A stretch of DNA of 64,000 nt from a virus (IMGVR_UViG_3300025428_000004:502-64501), one strand, 5' to 3'; shown: positions 27,953 through 37,423, counted from the first letter of the stretch. Translations and numbers: made by a program. The notes: generated by a model from the letters alone, not told the origin.

Positions 27953-28159
27953 TTAATGTGCCTGACTGCGTCTGTGCTTTTCAGCCTGGATCCAGCGAAT
28001 GGCTTCACGCATGTAGTAGTGAAACTGCGCAGGATCCTTTCCGTAGATTGTGGGACGGCGCAGGTACGATCGCGCCGTCTCCCGACTAAACCGCGCCATG
28101 TAGACTCTGTGGTTTACTGGCGTGTGTTCGTCGTCTGTGATGTGCGGAAGCGGTGTCAT
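27953..28159 (-). CDS. Hypothetical protein
   Basis: Coupled ORF in leftward operon. Confidence 0.55.
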   Translation of the reverse strand: MTPLPHITDDEHTPVNHRVYMARFSRETARSYLRRPTIYGKDPAQFHYYMREAIRWIQAEKHRRSQAH

Positions 28160-28386
28160 TCCGCCGCCGCAAGCAGGGAAGGGCGCTGCATCACCTCGTT
28201 GAACGCAGCAACTGCTTCTGCGATGCGATCAATGTCTTCAGGTACGACAAAGATCGAGGCGCTCCAGATATGGCGGTTGCCTTCGTGAATGCGGACCATG
28301 CCAAACTGATCGCCGTTAGGCAGTGAGCGTACAGACGACTCCAGTGTGAGGCGTCCTTCTAAGTGCATGTCGGTATTGGTAAGCAT
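28156..28386 (-). CDS. Hypothetical protein
   Basis: Coupled ORF with GGAG SD. Confidence 0.6.
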   Translation of the reverse strand: MLTNTDMHLEGRLTLESSVRSLPNGDQFGMVRIHEGNRHIWSASIFVVPEDIDRIAEAVAAFNEVMQRPSLLAAAE

Positions 28387-28748
28387 CAGAGATCTCCTGT
28401 TATGCGGTCGTCGCGGTCGCGGTCGTATGCGTCAGACATCCAAGCGTCGTAGCCGTCGTCTTCGTCTTTTGAGATGAGCTCGTAGATTCCATCGCTATCG
28501 TTCTCGATGTGATCCTCGATCACGCTGTAGAGCGGGTGATCGGTGTCGATGACGTGGCGGTCTCGCTTGACCTTCCCGTCAACGAATTCGTGAGAGTTCA
28601 GGTAGATCTCTGAGACGCGCCAGTCGGCTGCGTCGGTGTCGCCGCTGTAGCTGACCTCGGCCTCGCCGCTGATGCAGACATCAAGAGTTTTGCCGCCGGC
28701 CGTGAAGGGGAAGATCTCGTCGAAAACATAAGTAACTGACTTGGACAT
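28386..28748 (-). CDS. Acidic hypothetical protein
   Basis: GAGGA SD; Asp/Glu-rich 120 aa. Confidence 0.65.
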   Translation of the reverse strand: MSKSVTYVFDEIFPFTAGGKTLDVCISGEAEVSYSGDTDAADWRVSEIYLNSHEFVDGKVKRDRHVIDTDHPLYSVIEDHIENDSDGIYELISKDEDDGYDAWMSDAYDRDRDDRITGDL

Positions 28749-28793
28749 GATTGTATCCTCGATAGACGTGGTAAAGCGTAGGGAATGGCTGCG

Positions 28794-29138
28794 TTAAGCA
28801 GCCTGTTCCCAGATCTTGGTCGCATCGACCGTGAGACGTGGAGAGCTCTTTGGCATGACGTAAAAGTCGGCCAGGATGTCTTTACCAAGAGCCTCTTCGA
28901 CCTTCTTGGCGTCAAGACGTGGCTTCACATTTGGCTGTGTTTTAAGAGCCGACCATTTTGTGCCAATAGCGCGCTCGCCATCAGCAAGCTTTGCCTTTAA
29001 TGCGTCTGAGAAAAGATCGTGCTTGGCTTCGAGCTCTGCAATGAGCTGCTTTAATTCGCCGATGTTGTCAGCGAGAACGCCGAGATCGTTGACCTCGTTG
29101 ATAGCGGTTTTAAGTTCTGAGTAAGGAAGCGTGTGCAT
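28794..29138 (-). CDS. Hypothetical protein, first gene of leftward operon
   Basis: GGAGG SD; coiled coil plus LDAKKV motif. Confidence 0.65.
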   Translation of the reverse strand: MHTLPYSELKTAINEVNDLGVLADNIGELKQLIAELEAKHDLFSDALKAKLADGERAIGTKWSALKTQPNVKPRLDAKKVEEALGKDILADFYVMPKSSPRLTVDATKIWEQAA

Positions 29139-29166
29139 GAGTGCCCTCCATCTGTTTCGATGATGG

Positions 29167-29210
29167 GATACTATTGTAGCCAATAAAGGGAGTCAACTAC
29201 AAAAGTCGGC
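29167..29210 (-). promoter_or_regulatory. Leftward early promoter with operator GATACTATTGTAGC
   Basis: TTGACT on minus strand (29191-29196); near-palindromic operator 29167-29180. Confidence 0.6.
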
Positions 29211-29239
29211 AACACGCAAAAATATTTTATCGGGGCAGT

Positions 29240-29989
29240 TTATCCAGCAAGAACAATTCTGTGTACGCTCTTTACCCGGTCTCTAGAAAACGAGATCTCG
29301 CGTTTTGGGTTCAATTGCTCGACAACAAGCTTGCGGTCGTCAATGGACACGAGTCGCTTTACATAGCCCATGACATCGCCACCTCCATTGTCGGTGACTT
29401 GCGCCAGGATAAAGTCGCCTTTTTTCACTGGCATGCGCGGGTGGACATAGACGATCTCGGAGGAGAAATAGCGCGGTTCCATGCTTTCCCCGACAACCCG
29501 TACTGCATATGCATCTGGTACGGCGGCTATTGGAGCCGGGGCTTCTATCAGTTCCATCAGTGTTACGCCTATGCTTACGCTGCCGTCAGGCCCCGCAAGC
29601 GCGCTGCTATACAGGGGGATCTGCCTGGCTTGTTGTGCCGGACCTAGTTCCGACGTTGTATCCCTTTGGATCGTTTTTGCATTCGGGAGGTAGCGAGTAA
29701 CACCAATTGTACGATCAGTGTCAATATTGGCACGAGTACTTATACCTATCTTTGTATCTGCCTTGGTGTCGTTGCGACCAGAATGTAGCCAGGTCGGGCT
29801 GACCTTGACAGCCTCGGCCAACAAGACGCAGGCCTCCAAAGACGCTTGGCGGTCACCGCGCATGTATGCGCCGATGGTGACTCTGTTTAGTCCTGTGGCG
29901 ACGGCAAGTTCCGCCGGGCCCCTGAATCCAGCCGCATAAGCAGCCTTAGACAGCCGAAGCCCAAAGGCCTCGAATTCTCTTTTGGTCAT
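29240..29989 (-). CDS. cI: CI-like repressor (XRE HTH + S24 peptidase)
   Basis: N-terminal HTH; V.GESMEP and VKRL Ser-Lys dyad. Confidence 0.92.
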   Translation of the reverse strand: MTKREFEAFGLRLSKAAYAAGFRGPAELAVATGLNRVTIGAYMRGDRQASLEACVLLAEAVKVSPTWLHSGRNDTKADTKIGISTRANIDTDRTIGVTRYLPNAKTIQRDTTSELGPAQQARQIPLYSSALAGPDGSVSIGVTLMELIEAPAPIAAVPDAYAVRVVGESMEPRYFSSEIVYVHPRMPVKKGDFILAQVTDNGGGDVMGYVKRLVSIDDRKLVVEQLNPKREISFSRDRVKSVHRIVLAG

Positions 29990-30075
29990 GGCTGTACTCT
30001 CAAGTGATTCTTATCGTTTTCCGTAGTTTAGCTATTTTTTGTGCACCTGTAATGGAACTGGCTTGATTTTTCTTG

Positions 30076-30109
30076 GCTGCAATAGTAGCGATACAGCTAC
30101 AAATGTGCA
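30076..30109. promoter_or_regulatory. Immunity-region operators
   Basis: GCTGCAATAGTAGC (30076-30089) and GCTACAAATGTGCA (30096-30109) between divergent cI and cro. Confidence 0.6.
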
Positions 30110-30131
30110 GCAAGGTGATTCGTAGACGATC

Positions 30132-30365
30132 ATGGCTACAATAGCAATAACAGAATTAATGGAAAAATGGCCGTCTAACCGCGCATTCGCGGAAGACATT
30201 GGCCTTAAACAGATTTCTCACAGTCGTACGATGAAGACCAGAGGTCGGATTCCACGCGCTTACTGGCATGCGATCGTGTCAAAAGCCAGGAAACGTGGAA
30301 TCGATGGTGTATCCATGCGCTACCTGGAGCAGATCCACGAAGGCATAGGAGTGCGCAGGTCGTGA
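30132..30365 (+). CDS. cro: Cro-like HTH protein
   Basis: WPS...FAEDIG...RGRIP..YW..IV; divergent from cI. Confidence 0.8.
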   Translation: MATIAITELMEKWPSNRAFAEDIGLKQISHSRTMKTRGRIPRAYWHAIVSKARKRGIDGVSMRYLEQIHEGIGVRRS

Positions 30366-30568
30366 CATCCTCCGCCGAAAAGATCCGCCGAGCCATGATT
30401 GCACGCGTACGCGCCAAGGGCATCGAGATCCCTGGGTGGATCCCAGAGCGTCTTACTGTCGAGTTTTGTGATTGCGCATTAGCCCACGGAGAAGAGCATG
30501 CAGCTTCATACATCCGCAAACGAAAGAAAGAATTGGACGATGAATGGCGCGCAAGCAATCGTCGATAG
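30362..30568 (+). CDS. Hypothetical protein
   Basis: Coupled ORF with GGAG SD. Confidence 0.55.
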   Translation: MTSSAEKIRRAMIARVRAKGIEIPGWIPERLTVEFCDCALAHGEEHAASYIRKRKKELDDEWRASNRR

Positions 30569-30737
30569 CCTAGTCGAAGCGCTGTCTGCGACAGGAGACA
30601 TTAATGACGCCCAAGAACGCGCGCGTGCTTATTACGATGCTCGCGTCGATTTCTCGTCACTGACATTAGATGCAATTCGAGAAGCAGATCGTCTTGCTAC
30701 CGATATCGAATTAGGGCGCAGAGTCACGCGCTCATAA
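30540..30737 (+). CDS. Hypothetical protein
   Basis: ORF in operon. Confidence 0.5.
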   Translation: MNGAQAIVDSLVEALSATGDINDAQERARAYYDARVDFSSLTLDAIREADRLATDIELGRRVTRS

Positions 30738-30760
30738 CCAGAGCCTAAAGGAGGGCCATC

Positions 30761-31150
30761 ATGTCCACGAAAAAACTACTGACAGCATTAGCACTGGCAA
30801 CATCTATCACCGCCGCATCGGCACAAGAGTTCAACTCCGAGAGTGAGGATTTCGCGTTCAGACTGAGCCAATACGACAAGGAATTGTTTGCAGCGGTCTA
30901 TTCCGAAAAGGTTTGTCCGCAATATCGCATCAAGTTCAACAAGTCGTTTTTCGGTCCAGAGCCTTTCGCGCACTGGTCAACCGATCGCCGGAAAGAATTT
31001 GTCGAGCGGGTGATGTGGGAGACCAGGCGCAAGATCGACGCAACGGTACAGCAAATAGGGCAGGAGGCGTACTGCCTGGGATACATAGAATTCGTCATGT
31101 CCATGCATGACTCAAGCAAACCAATGCCGATCATTGTTGGCGGCAAATAA
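30761..31150 (+). CDS. Secreted/periplasmic protein
   Basis: Signal peptide MSTKKLLTALALATSITAASA; two Cys; AAGGAGG SD. Confidence 0.7.
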   Translation: MSTKKLLTALALATSITAASAQEFNSESEDFAFRLSQYDKELFAAVYSEKVCPQYRIKFNKSFFGPEPFAHWSTDRRKEFVERVMWETRRKIDATVQQIGQEAYCLGYIEFVMSMHDSSKPMPIIVGGK

Positions 31151-31159
31151 AGGATACGC

Positions 31160-31753
31160 ATGCAGACCAGGACTGAGATCAAGAAACAGCGTCGCGCTGA
31201 GAAAGAGGCGGCGCTCGCAAACCAGATCCTGGCTCTGCCTGATCAAAAGTTTGGCGTTGTGTATGCCGACCCGCCCTGGAGATTCGAGCCATACAGCCGC
31301 GAGACCGGCATGGATCGCGCGCCTGAAAACCATTACGCAACGACAGCAACTGCGAAGATAGGCTCGCTCGACGTCGAGACGATCGCTGCCGACAATTGCG
31401 TTCTGTTTCTTTGGGCGACCGTGCCGATGATCGAAGACGCGCTGTACGTCCTTGATGAATGGGGATTCAAATACAAGTCGCAGATGGTCTGGGTTAAGAA
31501 CCGCATCGGCCTTGGATATTGGTCACGCAACAAGCATGAGATCCTGCTCATCGGCACGCGCGGCAATATTCCTGCGCCGGCTCCCGGTACGCAATGGGCA
31601 TCCGTCATCGAGGCGCCAGTCGGCGCGCACAGCGCCAAGCCTCACGTCTTCTACGAGATGATCGAGACGTATTTTCCCAACATGCCAAAGATCGAGCTCT
31701 TTGCGCGCAATGGTCGCCCTGGCTGGCATAGCTGGGGCGCGGAGGCGCAATGA
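31160..31753 (+). CDS. MT-A70 family N6-adenine methyltransferase
   Basis: YADPPW, LFLWAT, HSAKP, IELFAR. Confidence 0.92.
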   Translation: MQTRTEIKKQRRAEKEAALANQILALPDQKFGVVYADPPWRFEPYSRETGMDRAPENHYATTATAKIGSLDVETIAADNCVLFLWATVPMIEDALYVLDEWGFKYKSQMVWVKNRIGLGYWSRNKHEILLIGTRGNIPAPAPGTQWASVIEAPVGAHSAKPHVFYEMIETYFPNMPKIELFARNGRPGWHSWGAEAQ

Positions 31754-32106
31754 CCAGGCGTGTCGTTCCTTATGTGTCGCTACGTTTGCCGCCACCGATT
31801 AGCACGAATGCTATCTGGCGCGCATTCGGCAATCGCAACATCAAGTCCGCGAAGTATCGCACCTGGCAGAAAGAGGCTGGGTGGATGTTAGCAGCACAAA
31901 ATCCTGGGCGCATCGACGGCGCATACGAGATGACAGTAATTGTCGCAAAGAAATGCAAGGCGGATCTCGACAATTGCGTCAAGGCCTATTCAGACCTGGC
32001 GCAAACACATGGCGTCATATCCAACGACAGGTTGTGCAAGAAGCTTATCGTTACACGCGGTGATGAAGCAGAATCTCTTATCGTGTTCACCGCATCAAAT
32101 CAGTAG
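31750..32106 (+). CDS. rusA: RusA-like Holliday junction resolvase
   Basis: LPPPISTN..W, DLDN..K...D, I.ND. Confidence 0.85.
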   Translation: MTRRVVPYVSLRLPPPISTNAIWRAFGNRNIKSAKYRTWQKEAGWMLAAQNPGRIDGAYEMTVIVAKKCKADLDNCVKAYSDLAQTHGVISNDRLCKKLIVTRGDEAESLIVFTASNQ

Positions 32107-32115
32107 GAGGAAACA

Positions 32116-32712
32116 ATGATCAATGGCGCAACAATGATCCGTCGTGGGCCCATGTTTTACAAGTCCATGCAGCGTGAGATGGAAATTAAGCGCCAGGAGC
32201 TCAACAAAAAGATCGAAGAAAGCCGTCGAATCGAAGAAGAGCGTCGCAAGATAAAAGAGCTCGCCGATGACATGGATAAGAAAAGACGCGCTATGGAAGT
32301 GATCCGCAAAAAGATCTGGGTCACACAAAGCTTTAATGGTGAAAAGGCTTTGAACAATGCGCCAACAATCGCTTTCATTGCCTATTGCGTCAGCGAGTAT
32401 TTCAATGTCTCGCAGGAAAACCTATTTGGCCATTCTCATCGTGCGGACTACGTACGCGCGCGCCAGGTTGGTTACTGGTTAGCCCATAAGCTTTGCAACA
32501 AGTCGCTGCCACAAATTGGCAAAGGCTTTGGCGGTCGGGATCATACAACGATCCTCTCAGGCATCCGTCGCCTGGAGAAATATATTGCTGATAAAGATCA
32601 GGAGATACTGGAAGCGATTAATGCAATACGCGGCGCAATTGAATTTGCCGATGCTGTATCCGGCACTGTTAATAAAGCATTAACCGAGGCTGGGGAAAAA
32701 GCATGCCTGTAG
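32116..32712 (+). CDS. Protein with DnaA C-terminal (domain IV) HTH
   Basis: RARQVGYWL....SLPQIGKGFGGRDHTTIL.GIR. Confidence 0.85.
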   Translation: MINGATMIRRGPMFYKSMQREMEIKRQELNKKIEESRRIEEERRKIKELADDMDKKRRAMEVIRKKIWVTQSFNGEKALNNAPTIAFIAYCVSEYFNVSQENLFGHSHRADYVRARQVGYWLAHKLCNKSLPQIGKGFGGRDHTTILSGIRRLEKYIADKDQEILEAINAIRGAIEFADAVSGTVNKALTEAGEKACL

Positions 32713-32828
32713 TGGATACTATTGTTGACGACAGGCTACAGAATCAGATCTAGTCGTGGGATTGAGATTCGGTGGGGGGGAGCGCAAGGACGCTCAACCC
32801 CCTACCTAAACCAGAGGATTCCGAAGGC

Positions 32829-33155
32829 ATGATCCCTAGTTCTGATTCTGAAAATAGCGCACGTTCCGCCAAGCTACAAGTGGAGTCGAAAGATACTTTT
32901 GACGCTGAGGTACAGTCTTCCACCGGATATGCATCTCTCCCTTGCTCCACCGCGTTTCACCGTCCTGACGACCCGCTTCGCCGAGATTTCCTGGCCGAAT
33001 GCCTCGACCATGTTGCGCGCGTTGCAACGAATGCCTGTCACGCCATCACCGTCGGTGATGATCGGCTGTTTGAGACGCAGATCGAGCTGATGCGCACAAC
33101 AATGCGTGAAGCCATGAAGACGTACAAAGAGCTCAAGGACGCAAGCAATGGCTAA
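32829..33155 (+). CDS. Hypothetical protein
   Basis: ORF overlapping helicase start; preceded by hairpin 32771-32806. Confidence 0.55.
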   Translation: MIPSSDSENSARSAKLQVESKDTFDAEVQSSTGYASLPCSTAFHRPDDPLRRDFLAECLDHVARVATNACHAITVGDDRLFETQIELMRTTMREAMKTYKELKDASNG

Positions 33156-34707
33156 CCTACGGCCTCTACGTCCTCATCAGGCAGAGCTGGTCGAAAAGAT
33201 CCAGCATGCTGCCATGCAGGGATATCAGTCCATCATGGTGCAAGCGCCTTGCGGCTTTGGCAAGACGCTCACGGCCGCGCATCTTATTAACAATGTTATC
33301 GAGAATGGCGGTCGCGCATGCTTTGTTGCGCCGCGCCTGACGCTGATTGATCAGACTGTTGATTCCTTCATCGACGAAGGCTTCAACAACGAGATCGGCG
33401 TTATCCAGGGACAACACCCACGTACCAATTGGCGTAAGCCCTTGCAGGTGGCGTCATTGCAGACGCTAACGCGCAGGCACAATCTTTCGCGGTTTGATCT
33501 TCTGATCGTCGATGAGGCGCATATGACGTCTACGGCCTTCTTGAAGCTCAAGAAGGGGCATTTCAAAGACTCTCTTGTCATTGGTTTGTCTGCGACGCCC
33601 TGGCGCGAAGGCCTGGGACAGCATTACGACACATTGATTGTTGGCGGTACGACGCAGGGCCTGATCGACATGGGATACCTTGTCCAGGGACGTGTGCTTG
33701 CGCCAGCGCCAGAGATCGACCTGTCAGGCGTCAAGACGACAGCCGGCGATTATAACCAGCGCCAGCTCGCCGATAAGGTGAACACGCGTGAGATTGTTGG
33801 CGACATAATCAAGCATTGGCAGCAATACGGAGAGAACCGCCCGACGATTTGCTTCTGCGTCGATCGCGCGCACGCCAAGCATGTTCAGCAAAGATTCGAA
33901 GAGGCAGGCATACCAGCCGGGTACGTTGATTGCTTCACAATGGATATGGATCGCAAGGAGATCGTCAAAGATTTCCGCAATGGCGATATCCGGGTGCTCT
34001 GCAATGTCGGCGTGATGACGACCGGATTCGACGCTCCAGAGGCGTCCTGCATGATTGACGCCGCCCCGACGAAGTCTCTGACATTGCATGTCCAGAAGAC
34101 GGGTAGGGTTCTGCGTACCGCGCCGGGAAAGAAAGACGCGATCATTCTTGATCATGCAGGCAATACGCTAAAGCTCGGCCTGGTCGAGGGCATTACGCGC
34201 GATACCATGTGCAATGGCGATGAGAACAGCAAAGCCAAGCGCAAGGAACAAGAGAAGAAAGATCCAAAGCCTAGACTCTGCGAAGAGTGCAAGGTCGTTA
34301 TGGCTCCGCATCATGAGTCGTGTCCAGAATGCGGTACGCTCGTCAAAAAGTTCACCCAGGTCATACACCGCGACGGCGAGCTCCATTGGATTGGCGGACC
34401 AATAAAAGATTACAGCGACGAAAAGCTCGCCAAAAAGCAGCGCCAGGAATTCATGGCAGGTCTTCGCTTCTATGGTCGTCAAAAGGGTTACAAGGACTCC
34501 TGGGCTGATTGGAAGTTCAAAGAGCGGTACGGCAAGTGGCCGAACGCATTGGGTTGCAGTTTCGTCAATCCAGCGCCGCCAACATTAGAGACTCTCAACT
34601 ACATCAAGGCTGGTCAGATCGCATACGCGAAGGCCAGGCAGAAAGCGGCTAATCGCGGAGAGGATGACCGCTTTGCTCGTTTCATGAGAGAGGGCGGCCA
34701 GTATTGA
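33148..34707 (+). CDS. SF2 DExH helicase (YejH/RadD-like) with zinc finger
   Basis: APCGFGKT, DEAH, SAT, QKTGRVLR, CEEC..CPEC. Confidence 0.92.
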   Translation: MANLRPLRPHQAELVEKIQHAAMQGYQSIMVQAPCGFGKTLTAAHLINNVIENGGRACFVAPRLTLIDQTVDSFIDEGFNNEIGVIQGQHPRTNWRKPLQVASLQTLTRRHNLSRFDLLIVDEAHMTSTAFLKLKKGHFKDSLVIGLSATPWREGLGQHYDTLIVGGTTQGLIDMGYLVQGRVLAPAPEIDLSGVKTTAGDYNQRQLADKVNTREIVGDIIKHWQQYGENRPTICFCVDRAHAKHVQQRFEEAGIPAGYVDCFTMDMDRKEIVKDFRNGDIRVLCNVGVMTTGFDAPEASCMIDAAPTKSLTLHVQKTGRVLRTAPGKKDAIILDHAGNTLKLGLVEGITRDTMCNGDENSKAKRKEQEKKDPKPRLCEECKVVMAPHHESCPECGTLVKKFTQVIHRDGELHWIGGPIKDYSDEKLAKKQRQEFMAGLRFYGRQKGYKDSWADWKFKERYGKWPNALGCSFVNPAPPTLETLNYIKAGQIAYAKARQKAANRGEDDRFARFMREGGQY

Positions 34708-34709
34708 TT

Positions 34710-35105
34710 GCCTGATCTCGTAAGGGCGTATCCCTACCACCTCTCGTTGAAATGAGCTGCTAGACCAGCCTGCAAGCACACCGTGAAGGCCCGAAGGGGA
34801 ATGTGCAACCAGACCGAACGAGAGAAGCGCCGTAGCACAAGGCGTTAAATATGGCTCGCACAAGAGCATGCAAGCGAATGCAGCTCTGTATGTTGTCGTA
34901 AGGCATACAGAGTCACCGTCAGAGAGATTTCCGCGTGTATGGGATGGTAAATGCTGACCACCATCCTGTCTCACTAGAGACTAGGCGCGTCTACGAGTGT
35001 GTCGGATGTCCCATGGTCTACCTGTCCCATCCAGCATGACACCTTATCCCTCTCAACCAGGGATAAGTGTGCCACCCGATCACCGAACCCTCCAGCATGA
35101 CACCG
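34710..35105 (+). ncRNA. Candidate large structured RNA/origin element
   Basis: About 400 nt without a credible ORF; at least 8 stems, long-range pairings, 14-bp direct repeat. Confidence 0.5.
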
Positions 35106-35117
35106 GGAGATGATGCA

Positions 35118-35330
35118 ATGACGAAGTATAGCGCAGATGAAGTAGCGATGTTGGAAGACATGGTACGCAAGGTAAGAGCAAGCGGTCAGATACCGACTCA
35201 GGCTCAGATTGAAAGCAAGATAACGAGCAGCGGCGGATACACACGCGAAGCACTCGCCTCGTTTGGTATCGCATGGCCTCCTCCTGCAAATTGGAAAAGG
35301 TCGCTTCGCAAAGGAGTGTTTCCGAGATGA
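35118..35330 (+). CDS. Small conserved-looking phage protein
   Basis: T..GGYTRE.LA.FGI.WPPP..WK motif; GGAG SD. Confidence 0.65.
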   Translation: MTKYSADEVAMLEDMVRKVRASGQIPTQAQIESKITSSGGYTREALASFGIAWPPPANWKRSLRKGVFPR

Positions 35331-35548
35331 AGAAAACTTGTCTTCAAGAGCTTGACGAACAGTATCCGATCAAGACGAAGCAAAAGCCTAGCCGTAGAGC
35401 GAGGGCCGCTGCCCGTTACCGCGACTCGAAGCTTGGAAAGATGGGAGCTGCATCTGGTGTGCGCGTGATTGATCCGGCAACGGTTGATCTGAGCAAGTAC
35501 GGGATCAGCAAAGCTGTGGAAGACTCAATGATTCCTTGGTCGGAATGA
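35327..35548 (+). CDS. Hypothetical protein
   Basis: AAGGAG SD, coupled. Confidence 0.55.
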   Translation: MKKTCLQELDEQYPIKTKQKPSRRARAAARYRDSKLGKMGAASGVRVIDPATVDLSKYGISKAVEDSMIPWSE

Positions 35549-35605
35549 CGATGTGTGAGACTCTGCAAACATCGACAAGCGTTGCGTACCGAACCGTAAA
35601 ACATC

Positions 35606-35914
35606 ATGGCAAAGTCATTGAAGGATGCGCGTGACCTGGGTCACAAGAAAGCGCAACAAGCGGCAGATCATGCTGGTGAAGAATGGAAAGCGAGCGCCTT
35701 CGAAGCGTTCGTCAAATATGCCAAGAAGCACAAGCAGTTCACGACTCAGGATGTGCGGTTCTCGAATGAAGAGCTGGCACCGAAAGAACCCCGCGCTTGG
35801 GGAGCAATAGCGCGCGCTGCATTGCGCGAAGGCTATATCGAGTTTGGCGGTTTCATTCCTGTATCGAGTTCTCGCGGAGGAGCTAAGACGCTCTGGCGTT
35901 CGCTTGTTGCATAG
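35606..35914 (+). CDS. Hypothetical protein (winged-helix-like)
   Basis: FTT.DVR...PRAWGAI...A...G.I...WRSL. Confidence 0.65.
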   Translation: MAKSLKDARDLGHKKAQQAADHAGEEWKASAFEAFVKYAKKHKQFTTQDVRFSNEELAPKEPRAWGAIARAALREGYIEFGGFIPVSSSRGGAKTLWRSLVA

Positions 35915-36030
35915 CCTTATGCCCAAAGACGAAGAATCAATACTGGCCGTTTTGGTGCTTGTCGCTCTTGGCGCGTACCTGGGAACAATAACATTCATGG
36001 TCTGGCAGGTATTTCATTAGCGAGGTTCCG

Positions 36031-36273
36031 ATGAATGACGAAACATATGTGATCACAATCGAACGCAAGAACACGACAGAGTTTAGCGCAACGATTAGCA
36101 GCGAGCCTTCGGATGCTTTTGGTCGTCGCATGATTGCAATGCTGCTTTCCAACATGGTTTGCCATTTTGATCCGTCCATGTGTGGCGAAGGCGGTTCCGA
36201 CGAAGGAGGAGGGCCTAATGTTCAATTGGATAATAGCGTGGATCCGGTCGAAAATCGGCCATTGGCTTCTTGA
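36031..36273 (+). CDS. Hypothetical protein
   Basis: GAGGT SD. Confidence 0.45.
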   Translation: MNDETYVITIERKNTTEFSATISSEPSDAFGRRMIAMLLSNMVCHFDPSMCGEGGSDEGGGPNVQLDNSVDPVENRPLAS

Positions 36274-36394
36274 GTACGAGGAAGCGGAAAACAAAGCTCG
36301 CGATGAAGAGCGATACAGAAAAATGCAGGAGATCGTCGATGCACATTATGAAACGACTGATACTGCCGATGACTTTGACCGTGGCGAGTTTTAA
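36218..36394 (+). CDS. Putative i-spanin (Rz-like)
   Basis: GGAGG SD; amphipathic N-terminus, coiled coil, overlaps lipoprotein gene. Confidence 0.5.
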   Translation: MFNWIIAWIRSKIGHWLLEYEEAENKARDEERYRKMQEIVDAHYETTDTADDFDRGEF

Positions 36395-36572
36395 TTTTGC
36401 CGGCTGCAATGATCGTATTGGCGATTACCGCGCTTCTGGTTGCCCATCCCTTAAAAACTATTCAATCGCCGAGCAAAAAGCGGCGGCTGCGGAGATTCGA
36501 AAGAATCCGAACGGGCAACTTTCTAAACTGGTGAGAGATTATGGGCTTTTAAGAAAGGCTTGTCGGGTATGA
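36339..36572 (+). CDS. Putative o-spanin lipoprotein (Rz1-like)
   Basis: Lipobox FAGC; CP.L..Y...Q..AA.E...DY..LR.ACR. Confidence 0.65.
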   Translation: MHIMKRLILPMTLTVASFNFAGCNDRIGDYRASGCPSLKNYSIAEQKAAAAEIRKNPNGQLSKLVRDYGLLRKACRV

Positions 36573-37423
36573 AACGGATTATTTTAGCGTCGGCATTGTT
36601 GTGCTCGACATCTTCATTTGCAGCGGATCTTCCATCCGTTAAGTCAGCGCCACTTGCACCTGCGCCATTATGGATGGGTTTCTATGGTGGTTTGAATGTC
36701 GGCTATGGTTTTGCAACAGATCAGAGCGTGAATAATACCGGCAGCTCGACGGCAGCTATTTACACTGGCACTGATTATTTGACGGGCCTGGCAACAACGT
36801 CACCATTGAATAGCGGGTCTAATATCTCGCAGAGCGGTGTCGTTGCTGGCGGTCAGGTTGGTTATAATTATCAAGTATCGCCTAAGTTTGTGTTTGGCGT
36901 TGAGGCCGACATGCAGGGATCTGGCATTAACGGATCTGGAAACATTGCTGGCGTTGGCGCGCTGAATCTACAGAATGGCACTGGCGGTTGGGTTGTTAAT
37001 ACCCGCGTCAATCAAGCTATTTCATGGATAGGGACGGGCAGGATTAGAGGCGGTTATCTCTTTACGCCGAGCGTGTTGGTTTATGCGACTGGCGGTCTTG
37101 CTTATGGCAATGCGTCATTACAGGCATCACCTGACACTGGTTTCTTTTTAGTCCCATTAGCTCAGGGTTATCCGACGCTATGGTCGCAATCGACAGCTAA
37201 CAAGTTTGTGTCTGGCTGGACTGCGGGTGGCGGCGCTGAATGGATGGTATCGCAGAATTGGTCTGTGAAGGGTGAGGCTCTTTATTACAATGTCGGAACG
37301 CAGTCAGTTAGCAACCAGGAGTATTTCATCGACCAAGTTGTGAGCAGCATGTCCACAAAGGCGAGTTATCAAGGTGTGATTGCGCGCGCTGGCGTCAACT
37401 ATCATTTCGACTGGATGAAATAA
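36569..37423 (+). CDS. Outer-membrane beta-barrel protein (Omp25/Omp31/RopB family)
   Basis: Signal peptide + ADLP, W.GFY.GLN.GY, GGQ.GYNYQ, GWTAGGG.EW, RAGVNYHF. Confidence 0.9.
   Translation: MKRIILASALLCSTSSFAADLPSVKSAPLAPAPLWMGFYGGLNVGYGFATDQSVNNTGSSTAAIYTGTDYLTGLATTSPLNSGSNISQSGVVAGGQVGYNYQVSPKFVFGVEADMQGSGINGSGNIAGVGALNLQNGTGGWVVNTRVNQAISWIGTGRIRGGYLFTPSVLVYATGGLAYGNASLQASPDTGFFLVPLAQGYPTLWSQSTANKFVSGWTAGGGAEWMVSQNWSVKGEALYYNVGTQSVSNQEYFIDQVVSSMSTKASYQGVIARAGVNYHFDWMK

Noticed and set aside
34760-34771. HEARO/omega-RNA because of TAGACCAGCCT
   Set aside because: Only a short similarity; no adjacent IscB/TnpB gene or transposon ends.
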